Assembly (NCBI GenBank): GCA_963749795.1
Contig: CAVVOR010000001.1
Coordinates: forward strand, 87,957 to 151,956
Reading direction: 5' to 3'
Source of the DNA: an uncultured beta proteobacterium
Lineage (GTDB): Bacteria; Pseudomonadota; Gammaproteobacteria; Burkholderiales; Casimicrobiaceae
Length of the DNA stretch: 64,000 nucleotides
The translations under genes were made by a program, and so were the position numbers. This document shows positions 46,908 to 55,673 of the stretch, in pieces. The notes beneath the pieces were generated by a model. The model worked only from the letters and a program-made list of their open reading frames with translations. It was not told the DNA's origin and searched no databases. The first letter of the stretch is position 1, and each line of letters starts with the position of its first letter.

Positions 46908-48410
46908 GTCGACGACGAGGACGTGAAATCCTCCTTGTATCTCGATCCCGCGCTTGGACATGAGGAAACGGTACGTGCAATCGGAAGTGGACATGCCGCG
47001 AGCTTTGATGATCGACAGTTTCCGCGATCGGACGCCGTTGGTTTCGGCGTTACGTACCGAAAGCCACGCATCGACAATGGATGAGACGTTTACAACCGTC
47101 GACTGGCCGACGGGGCCCGAATGGGTCAACCCGGTCATAAACAGGGTGATGCCATTCATTTTTAAAAAATCCACCAAGCGTACGCAGACTGCAGCGACCT
47201 CGTTGTACGTCCCCATCGAGATCAGGCTCGTCATTGAATCGACGACAACGACCGTTGGACGATATTCGATGACGGCCTCGTGGATCGTGGCCAGATGCAT
47301 TTCGAGGCCATAGGCCGTTGGTCGCGTGACGTGAAACCGGAGCAGGTCGTCCTTGACAGCGCCACGTAGTTTGACCCCTATCGAGCTCGCATTGCGGACG
47401 ATCTCACTTTCCGATTCTTCCAGCGCGACATAGAGTGAGCGTTCCTTACGGCGGGCCGCTTCCGCGACGAAATGCGCGGCGACGCTGCTTTTCCCGGTTC
47501 CAGCGTCGCCCGAAATCAGAATAGTGCTGGCCCGGTAAAAGCCACCGGCACCGAGCGCCTTGTCGAGGGAAGGCACACCACTCGAAATCACCCCGCTGGA
47601 CGCCTTGTGATCAAGGGTCACCGAGGTGATGGGAACAACCGATATACCCTTTTCGAGAATCAGGAAAGGATATTCATCCGTGCCATGAAGCGTGCCGCGA
47701 TACTTGACGATGCGGAGGCGTCGTGAGCTCAGCTGGTTCACGACGCGGTGGTCGAGGAGGATAACGCAGTCGGAGACATATTCCTCGAGGCCGTGTCGTG
47801 TCAATGCGCCGTCGCCGCGTTCTCCGGTTATGACGGCGGTGATGCCGCGCGCCTTGAGCCACTCGAAGAGTCGGTGCAGTTCCGCGCGCAGAATCGCGAG
47901 GTTGGAAAAGCCGCCAAATAAAGCTTCCAGCGTATCGAGAGCGACCCGTTTCGCGCCGATCGAGTCGATCGCAACGCCGAGCCGAATAAAAAGACCCTCA
48001 AGGTCGAAAGCTCCGCTCTCTTCTATTTCGTTGCGCTGCACCCGAATGTGTTCGATGACGAGCTTCTTGCGCGCGATCAACTTCTGAACGTCGAAACCCA
48101 TCGAGGCCACGTTTTGCTCCAGATCGTGTTCGCTTTCTTCAAATGACACGAACACACCGGGCTCGTTGAATTCTCGCGCGCCTCTGACCAGGAACTCCAT
48201 GCAGAGCATGGTCTTGCCGCAACCCGCACTACCGCAAATCAAGGTGGTGCGGCCTCGCGGAAAGCCTCCGTGGGTTATTTCATCAAGTCCTTGTATCCCG
48301 GTCGGAGCCTTCGGCAGTGTCCGAGTACGTGTTTTCCGTCCTGACGGGTCGCGGGAGGACGAGCGGGTGCGGGAACTTGGTTTGGGCATGTCTGGTAGGC
48401 CTCTAAGCAA
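46740..48410 (-). CDS. kaiC: KaiC-family double RecA-like ATPase
   Basis: Two Walker A motifs ([16 protein letters not shown]) and [16 protein letters not shown]. Recognisable KaiC sequence ends near 46945 (..[11 protein letters not shown]). The last ~55 codons of the ORF overlap kaiB in another frame and are probably not genuine. Confidence 0.85.
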   Translation of the reverse strand: MLRGLPDMPKPSSRTRSSSRDPSGRKTRTRTLPKAPTGIQGLDEITHGGFPRGRTTLICGSAGCGKTMLCMEFLVRGAREFNEPGVFVSFEESEHDLEQNVASMGFDVQKLIARKKLVIEHIRVQRNEIEESGAFDLEGLFIRLGVAIDSIGAKRVALDTLEALFGGFSNLAILRAELHRLFEWLKARGITAVITGERGDGALTRHGLEEYVSDCVILLDHRVVNQLSSRRLRIVKYRGTLHGTDEYPFLILEKGISVVPITSVTLDHKASSGVISSGVPSLDKALGAGGFYRASTILISGDAGTGKSSVAAHFVAEAARRKERSLYVALEESESEIVRNASSIGVKLRGAVKDDLLRFHVTRPTAYGLEMHLATIHEAVIEYRPTVVVVDSMTSLISMGTYNEVAAVCVRLVDFLKMNGITLFMTGLTHSGPVGQSTVVNVSSIVDAWLSVRNAETNGVRSRKLSIIKARGMSTSDCTYRFLMSKRGIEIQGGFHVLVVDMTRTAAQVPPTQTSQSRRARPVSLHRGRDSKVAGGARQPQADLRGAPRHGSGLSN

Positions 48411-48535
48411 TTAGACAGGAACACCCCGGCGCGCAATAGAGCCATTGGCCCTATTCAAACTAGGACCGTCTGGCACTTTCCGTGGCGCACCAACCATTCT
48501 AACCTTGCAATGAACCCCTCTGGGTCAGACCCGCG

Positions 48536-48850
48536 GTGGTTGGTCTGACGCCGCTAAAGCAGGAGGGCGTGGCGATACGTACATCAATGGAGCTACAAAT
48601 GTCTGGGCCGATGGAATTCGTTCTTTATGCGCGCGCAGAACGGGACCTTTGCGAGCAGGCAGGGCCGGCGCTGAGCGAGGTGGTGCGTACACTGGCGCAA
48701 CGAGACAATATTCAGATTAAAGAGATTCGAGTGACATTCGACTGGGACGCGCAGAATGGAGAAGTGGTCGCCGCCAACTGCACAATCGTCACGGAGAATG
48801 GACACGGGTCGCGCCCGGCCGCGGTGAAAATCGCGACGGCACAATCCTGA
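48536..48850 (+). CDS. hypothetical protein divergent from kaiC
   Basis: ORF only. Start uncertain (alternative ATGs at 48587 and 48599). No motif recognised. Confidence 0.35.
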   Translation: MVGLTPLKQEGVAIRTSMELQMSGPMEFVLYARAERDLCEQAGPALSEVVRTLAQRDNIQIKEIRVTFDWDAQNGEVVAANCTIVTENGHGSRPAAVKIATAQS

Positions 48851-48938
48851 ACGACTGACCGTCTTGCCAGGTCGGCTGCGCATCCGCTCGGAAACTGAGG
48901 GGCGCCGAGCCGCTGTGCTCGACGCCGCCCGACGAGGA

Positions 48939-49016
48939 TCAGAAATGGGAGAACAGTCCGACCAGAATGATAATCGGCAGCGGCACACCGAGAATTAGCA
49001 ATAACAATGAGCGCAT
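48939..49016 (-). CDS. possible 25-aa hydrophobic peptide
   Basis: MRSLLLLILGVPLPIIILVGLFSHF. GGAG 6 nt upstream of the ATG. Lies at the distal end of the katE operon. Confidence 0.35.
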   Translation of the reverse strand: MRSLLLLILGVPLPIIILVGLFSHF

Positions 49017-50032
49017 CGCAAGCTCCAATTGAAAGAATGAAATATTCGGGCACTTAGCGGGACAAAAACACGGTCGCGTTGTCGTCCCCCGAAAGTGGCC
49101 GCCAGGCTCGGCGCAAAAAGGCACCCAGTCAGAAGGGCAACAAAGAACCAGAGCGAAGCCTTCGCCGCCGCACTACGTGCATCGTCCGCTGCACCCTTGG
49201 CTTTCGCCTCCGCGTCCGCAGCAACGTTCTTTGCCTTTGCGTAAATCGTGTCGACTCTTGCTTCGGCATCGGTTTGTGAAATGCCAGTCTGCGCTGCGAT
49301 AACCTGCGCGGCGTAGGTCCGATCCGCAGGGGAAATAGCACCTGTGCGCACTGCTTCAATAATCACTCCGCCAATCTCGGCGCGGGTCTGCGGCGCTATC
49401 GGCGCGGTAACGTGGTCGGCGCGAAACAAGGAGTCCGTCAGATAACGGGTCTGTGCGTCGCGCGGCGAGTATTGGCCGCTATTCGACGTCGAAGCGGAAC
49501 CAGGGCCATCGGTGGGATTCTCGCCCTTTGCGTTCAACGCCGTCATCGCCCCCGTCGCCCCCGTCGCAGCCACCGCTGTCGCACCAGCCGCTGCCGCTTT
49601 GACGCCGGTGGAAACCGCTGATGTGAAGGCTGAAGCGAGCAACCCGACGGTGATGACCACGCCGACCGCCCAGACTATGAATCCGTGCGCAGTATCGCGA
49701 AAATACACTTCATCACCGTGCACGGATGCCCACTTGATTCGCAATCGCCCGGCTAGGTAGCCGCCCAGACCCGAGGAGATCGCTTGGGTGATGATTAACC
49801 AGACGATCGCTGAGGCTCCGATGGCCGCCGCCGATGCCCCGGCACCCGTCCAAGGCGATATCGAGGACAGGCCCAGTCCAACGCCGAGAACAGTCAATAT
49901 CAATGCCGCTGATGCGGCAACAAATGCTCCGCCAATTATCGCGCCCCACGACACGCCCGACGCGGAAAGGTCGGCGTCGACTAAGGGGACGGTGGGGGTG
50001 TTGCGCGAAATCGGCAATGTTTGGTCATTCAT
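48995..50032 (-). CDS. membrane protein of unknown function
   Basis: Start MNDQTLPIS at 50032. Gly/Ala-rich TM helices, Ala/Lys-rich helical region, terminal ..ATFGGRQRD. The C-terminal ~20 codons overlap the small-peptide ORF, so the end is uncertain. Confidence 0.6.
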   Translation of the reverse strand: MNDQTLPISRNTPTVPLVDADLSASGVSWGAIIGGAFVAASAALILTVLGVGLGLSSISPWTGAGASAAAIGASAIVWLIITQAISSGLGGYLAGRLRIKWASVHGDEVYFRDTAHGFIVWAVGVVITVGLLASAFTSAVSTGVKAAAAGATAVAATGATGAMTALNAKGENPTDGPGSASTSNSGQYSPRDAQTRYLTDSLFRADHVTAPIAPQTRAEIGGVIIEAVRTGAISPADRTYAAQVIAAQTGISQTDAEARVDTIYAKAKNVAADAEAKAKGAADDARSAAAKASLWFFVALLTGCLFAPSLAATFGGRQRDRVFVPLSARIFHSFNWSLRCAHCYC

Positions 50033-50034
50033 TT

Positions 50035-50688
50035 TTACTCTCCAAAAAGGGGAACAAATCGAACTGCCGGTCGCCAAGTGCTAGTCTTTTGAAGAACCAT
50101 CTCGTCACGGCTTTGTTCGGCACGCGCCGCGCCGATCGCCGTCGTAACGTGCTTCACTTCTTCTGGCGGCGGGAGCACCGCTGCAATACCGAGCGCCTGC
50201 AGCCACAGCTCACGAGCCCAGCCCTTGGTGTGGTAGAGGTGCTCGTCTTCTTCGTCTTCGATCTGCTCGTATGCATCGCGCAACGCGTTGCCTTTGCCAC
50301 CGAGTTTGTCGGCAAGCTTTCCCATTAGCTCCCAATTGGAATGGTCTTTGGTCTCGGCCAGGACGACGCACTCTGCTGCGACGATCTGTGCCGCTTCAGG
50401 CGACGGCCCTTTGGCCGCCATGCGGATCGCCTCGAGCAAGGCGCCCCCGATGTGATGGACTACGCGCCGACCGGGTACGTCCGCGTCCGGGTCCAGACCG
50501 AAGGCTTCCATTACGCCACGCATCACCTTGACGTGATTGCGGGTCTGTTCGAGATAGTGGGCCCATTCCTTTCTCAAGTCCTCCCGAAGGGCACAGCCGA
50601 CGGCCGCTTCGTAGATTTGCACGCCACCCATTTCGGTTTCCAGCGCTTGATAGAGGAGATCGTTGATCGGCATATTTACTTTTGACAT
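50035..50688 (-). CDS. ferritin-like four-helix-bundle domain protein
   Basis: MSKVNMPINDLLYQALETEMGGVQIYEAAV..EDEEDEHLYH.. GGAG RBS. The ORF-track N-terminal extension (to 50913) overlaps katE and is rejected. Confidence 0.6.
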   Translation of the reverse strand: MSKVNMPINDLLYQALETEMGGVQIYEAAVGCALREDLRKEWAHYLEQTRNHVKVMRGVMEAFGLDPDADVPGRRVVHHIGGALLEAIRMAAKGPSPEAAQIVAAECVVLAETKDHSNWELMGKLADKLGGKGNALRDAYEQIEDEEDEHLYHTKGWARELWLQALGIAAVLPPPEEVKHVTTAIGAARAEQSRDEMVLQKTSTWRPAVRFVPLFGE

Positions 50689-50711
50689 GGTGTAACTCCT
50701 GTGGGGATGCA

Positions 50712-53111
50712 TTAGACGGAAGGTGGGAATGACGCTCGGAGAAAATGTCGGTGCTGCGCGAGTGCTGCAATGAATCGTGTGACCGCGGCGCGATCCCCTT
50801 CGTGAGGGAATAAAAGTAGACCGGGATCGGGGTCGCCGTTGGGTAGCCGTAAAGGCACGCCGGCGTTTTCGATGACGTCGATGCCGGCCATGACGCCGAA
50901 AATGGGCTTGCAATGCCGATACTGATCTTTGATGAATTCGGCTGCGAGGCCTAACTTGCCCAGGTTCTGGGCGTTCAGCCGGCCACCCGTCACTGCGACG
51001 GCGTCGTACAACACCGCGGGCGTTGTCTCAAACGTCGCTTCTACTTGCAAGTGACGGCCATCTTCGCTCTCCACCGATCCCAGGTGATCGCCAACCAGAA
51101 TGGCTACCGCACCGGCCTTGGCGAGAGCATCCTGTAGATTTGAGACAAAGTTGCCTTCCACGCCGTCGGCGACCAGAAGCGCCACCTTGCGTCCGCGCAC
51201 ACTCCCTTCACCTGGGCGAGCGAAGAGCGACAAAGCGCGCGACAGCTCGATTTCCGGCTTCTTGATTCTTTTTGACGCCAAGGGGAGCGCAGTTGGAACC
51301 GCCAGGCCGAGGTCAGCCGCGACTTGCTCAGCAAGCTCGGGGGCGACGTTCGCAAGAAGTGCAACGACCCGTGTTCTTATTGCGGGGGTTTGGACCTTGG
51401 TCAGTTCGAAGCGGAAAGCGCGCCGGATGTGTGCCTTCTCGATCGTTGTCTGGCTGTTCCAGAACAGCGTCGCCTGGGCGTAATGTTCGGCAAAGCGTTC
51501 GGGCTTGCCTCGAACTTTGTCGGCTTCGATAGGTTCGGGAAAGGAAGCGAAGCCTTGTGCTCCAGCTTGGAAGGGACAACCACCGCCAAGCGAATTCGGC
51601 TCGTACGCCACTTTCCCGCGCGGAATCGCCTGGCGATGCATGCCATCGCGTTGGTTGTTATGCGACGGCGCGATCGGGGAGTTGATCGGCAGTTCGTGAA
51701 AATTGGGACCGCCCAAACGGGAGATCTGCGTGTCGAGGTATGAGTGAATCCGTCCCGCGAGCAGCGGGTCGTTAGAAAAATCCAACCCGGGGACGATGTG
51801 CGCGGCGCAGAAAGCCACCTGTTCCGTTTCAGCGAAAAAATTGTCCGGGTTGCGATCGAGCACCATCTTGCCTACCGGAATGACAGGCACGAGTTCTTCC
51901 GGAATAAGCTTGGTCGCGTCGAGAACATCAAAACTGAAGCTGGCGGCCTGCGCCTCGGAAAATATCTGCATCCCAAGCTCGAACTCGGGAAACACACCCG
52001 CTTCGATCGATTCCCATAAATCGCGCCGGTGAAAATCGGGATCAGCGCCGCAGATTTTCACGGCTTCGTCCCAATCCAGCGAATGCGTTCCCCCCTTGGG
52101 CTCCCAATGGAACTTCACAAACTTGCTGTCGCCTTTCGCATTTATCAGTCGAAAGGTGTGCACGCCAAAACCTTGCATCGTCCGGTAACTCCGCGGTATC
52201 GCGCGGTCGGACATAATCCACATCAGCATATGCGCTGACTCGGGCATCAGCGACACGAAATCCCAGAAGGTGTCGTGCGCCGTCGCGGCTTGAGGCATTG
52301 CAAAGTGTGGTTCGGGCTTCGCTGCGTGGATCAAGTCAGGAAATTTCATTGCGTCCTGGATGAAGAACACGGGAATGTTGTTGCCGACAAGGTCCCAGTT
52401 CCCTTCGTCCGTATAGAACTTGACCGCGAAGCCACGTACATCCCGCACCGTGTCGGCCGAACCTCGCTCGCCAGCAACGGTCGAGAAGCGTACGAACACG
52501 GGCGTGCGCTTGCCCGCGCCTGCGAAGATAGAGGCGCGGGTATATTTGCTTAAGGGCTTGTAGCATTCGAAGTAGCCGTGCGCCCCTGAACCCCGTGCGT
52601 GGACGATTCGCTCTGGAATCCGCTCGTGGTCGAAATGGGTGATTTTTTCGCGGAGGATGAAATCTTCGAGAAGGGCGGGACCACGAAACCCTGCTTTCAG
52701 CGAGCTCTGGTTATCGCCGATCGGCACGCCTTGATTGGTGGTCAGTGTCTGACCCGTAGAATCCGCCCGCGCTCTATCCAATGTCGCGCTGGCGGGATCC
52801 TTGCCAAGCTCGGGCTTACCTTTTCCTGTTTTCGCAGACGCGACCGTCTCGGTGAGAGTGCTGCCTAAAAGTGACGGATCTGCGGACTTCGCAATCCTTC
52901 CCTGCGGCGGCACCTTCGAGTCGTCGCCGTATTCAAGACGCTTGTTGACGTTCGCGGGGAACGCTGCCGCCAGATCATTGGCCGCGGCGAGCCGCTTTGA
53001 ATAGATGTCGTCCGTTTTCGAGGGGCGCTTCGACGGGCCGTCCACGGTTGACTTGGCGTATGCCGACCGTCCGGTGATATTTTTCCCAGCTTTCGGCTTC
53101 TGACGTGGCAT
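50712..53111 (-). CDS. katE: large-subunit (HPII-type) catalase
   Basis: [22 protein letters not shown] catalase core. About 800 aa with a C-terminal flavodoxin/DJ-1-like domain and a long N-terminal extension. Confidence 0.93.
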   Translation of the reverse strand: MPRQKPKAGKNITGRSAYAKSTVDGPSKRPSKTDDIYSKRLAAANDLAAAFPANVNKRLEYGDDSKVPPQGRIAKSADPSLLGSTLTETVASAKTGKGKPELGKDPASATLDRARADSTGQTLTTNQGVPIGDNQSSLKAGFRGPALLEDFILREKITHFDHERIPERIVHARGSGAHGYFECYKPLSKYTRASIFAGAGKRTPVFVRFSTVAGERGSADTVRDVRGFAVKFYTDEGNWDLVGNNIPVFFIQDAMKFPDLIHAAKPEPHFAMPQAATAHDTFWDFVSLMPESAHMLMWIMSDRAIPRSYRTMQGFGVHTFRLINAKGDSKFVKFHWEPKGGTHSLDWDEAVKICGADPDFHRRDLWESIEAGVFPEFELGMQIFSEAQAASFSFDVLDATKLIPEELVPVIPVGKMVLDRNPDNFFAETEQVAFCAAHIVPGLDFSNDPLLAGRIHSYLDTQISRLGGPNFHELPINSPIAPSHNNQRDGMHRQAIPRGKVAYEPNSLGGGCPFQAGAQGFASFPEPIEADKVRGKPERFAEHYAQATLFWNSQTTIEKAHIRRAFRFELTKVQTPAIRTRVVALLANVAPELAEQVAADLGLAVPTALPLASKRIKKPEIELSRALSLFARPGEGSVRGRKVALLVADGVEGNFVSNLQDALAKAGAVAILVGDHLGSVESEDGRHLQVEATFETTPAVLYDAVAVTGGRLNAQNLGKLGLAAEFIKDQYRHCKPIFGVMAGIDVIENAGVPLRLPNGDPDPGLLLFPHEGDRAAVTRFIAALAQHRHFLRASFPPSV

Positions 53112-53887
53112 TCGAAACCTCTATGAACAAGCGTAGAGCGCAGGTGCGCGGTTATGGTGTGGCGATCATAGAGAGTGGGCCACTCATTACCATCGGTGGC
53201 GCGCCTATTCGGCTGTAGGAGCATGGGCGTAGCAATGCTCGGAGTGGACGTACGAGCGCCAGGGCCAATGTCCAGAACGGCCCCAGTCCAACGTACGTGA
53301 GCCGAACTCGCTCGCGCGTCGCGCATCGAGTTAAGCGTGGAATCTCAGGACGCGGCGTCGCCGAACGAAACCTTGATGAAAGCGTCGAAACTATCGCGAC
53401 GCGAGCTACATCGCGGTGGAGTTGTGCGCCGCGTGCAATGAGACGCCAAGCGAAAGTTTTTGCCCACCGGCCGGTTGTTACATGGCATCTACGCTCAGGC
53501 GAAACCCTTAGCCGCCTGGAACGGATGATTTTCCTGACGTGATTGATGGCACATTCGAGCTGGCCGCGTGTGACGACTCCAGATGCCCGATGTCTAGAAA
53601 GGGCCACCTTGTTGATTCAGCGTGGGCGAGAACGTCGATGTCATTGCCACCTCGCGTTGCGCGCGCTAAGATTTTGTAAACACACCATGCGCGACGGCTG
53701 TCAAAGCTACCTGTGCCCAGTTGCGCCAGTCGGTCAGCCCCGAGGTCTTGCATGCAGCGGATGCGTCCCGCGGAATAGGGCGGAAGGCGTCCCAAGCGCA
53801 TAATGTCGGCCGATCCGAGTAAAAAAGTTGACTTCTCAACCTCCCAAAGGACATTTTGGCTACCCCTGACGTCGTCGCCTGCGAATT

Positions 53888-55673
53888 ATGAAAACCACCG
53901 CCAATGACCCCATATCTGCTCCGCTTGGCTCGGTGGAGGACATGCGGGGTGTTTTACGTCGCCGAGGCAAGCTCAAAGGGCGCCAGCCGGATCATGTTTC
54001 GGTGGAGGAAGTTCAGCTGCTGATCGGTGCCGGCCCGCATCCGCGCGATTTGCTCATTGAATACCTCCATCGACTGAACGACACGTGGCGCGGACTTCGC
54101 GATCGCCATCTGGTGGCTCTCGCGCGCGAGATGAACGTACCGATTGCCGAGGTCTTCGAGGTCGCGACTTTCTATCACCACTTCGAAGTGCTGCGCGGAG
54201 ATGCTCTTGCACCCGGTCTCACGGTGCGTGTCTGCGACGGACTGTCGTGCGAATTGGCGGGCGCCAAAGGATTACTGGAGCGGCTGCCCGCGTTGCTGGG
54301 CAAGGATGTTCGCGTCATTCCCGCGCCTTGCGTCGGTCGCTGCGAGCAGGCGCCGGTAGCGGTCATCGATCAGTACCCGGTGCTTCGGGCGAACGTCTCC
54401 GATGTCCAGACTGGGGTCGAGCAGCAGATCACGCGGCACCCGTTACCGGATGACCGCGCGCAGTTCGATCCGGCGTCAGCGGGCGTGGGCGCCGTAGGCT
54501 CTCCCAGCGATGTTGCCCCCGCGTACGTCGGCTACGACGCCTATCGAGCGCGCGGCGGCTATCGTTTGGCATCTGCGGTGGCCTCGGGCGAAATTGCTGT
54601 CGACGACGTCCTGAAAGCAATGACCGATTCGGGGCTGCGCGGCCTTGGCGGCGCCGGCTTTCCAGCCGGCCGCAAATGGGGCATCGTCCGGCAGTACATG
54701 GCACCACGACTGATGGCGGTCAATATCGACGAAGGTGAACCCGGGACCTTCAAGGATCGAACCTACCTTGAGCGCGATCCTCATCGGTTCCTCGAAGGTT
54801 TGCTGATTGCTGCCACCGTCGTCGGGATCGAGAGCTGTTACATGTACCTGCGCGATGAATATCATGGCTGCCGCGCGATCCTGGAGCGCGAATTACAACG
54901 CTTGCAAGCCGATCCGCCGTTCGTGCTCCCTCGCATCGTGCTGCGGCGTGGAGCCGGCGCCTACATATGCGGCGAAGAATCCGCGATGATCGAAAGCATC
55001 GAAGGCAAGCGCGGAGAGCCGCGCATGCGCCCCCCCTACATCGCCGAGATTGGCCTGTTCGGCCGGCCCACGCTCGAGCACAACTTCGAGACCCTTTACT
55101 GGGTTCGAGACATCGTCACGCGCGGCGCTGCATGGTTCAGCGGTTTCGGCCGCAACGGGCGCAAGGGCTTGCGCTCGTTCAGCGTCAGTGGCCGCGTAAA
55201 GGACCCCGGCGTCAAGCTGGCCCCGGCAGGTATTACGTTGCGCGAACTGATCGACGAGTATTGTGGTGGCATGTTGCCCGGCCACGATCTCTACGCGTAC
55301 CTGCCGGGAGGGGCATCGGGTGGCATCCTTCCGGCGACGATGAGCGATATCCCGCTCGACTTCGACACGCTGCAGCCGCATGGCTGTTTCATCGGTTCTG
55401 CCGCAGTGATCGTGCTCAGCCAGCACGACACCGCGCGCGATGCCGCCATCAACATGATGCGTTTCTTCGAACATGAAAGTTGCGGCCAGTGCACCCCGTG
55501 CCGTGTCGGGACCGGCAAAGCGGCAAGCTTGATGATGCGCCGAGCATTGGGACCATGAGACGCTCGAGGATTTGAACCAAGTCATGATTGACGCATCGAT
55601 CTGCGGGCTCGGTCAGGCGGCGCCGAATCCCGTGCGTTGCGTACAGAAATATTTCCCCCACGAGGTGGCCTGA
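53888..55673 (+). CDS. NAD-dependent formate dehydrogenase beta subunit, NuoE-like + NuoF-like fusion (one extra base near the 3' end)
   Basis: NuoE-like 2Fe-2S domain (..VCDGLSCELAG..PCVGRCEQAP..), NuoF-like GLRGLGGAGFPAGRKW and ESCGQCTPCR. Frame breaks at 55540-55541. The downstream frame reads HWDHETLEDLNQVMIDASICGLGQAAPNPV.. to the TGA at 55671-55673. Length is 1 mod 3. Confidence 0.85.

Noticed and set aside
53112-53887. 776-bp gap between katE and the FDH operon, with several 60-150-aa ORFs (53152..53607, 53508..53801, 53543..53803)
   Set aside because: No RBS, motif or coding-like composition that I could recognise. It may hold promoters, sRNA or a decayed gene, but I cannot support a call.
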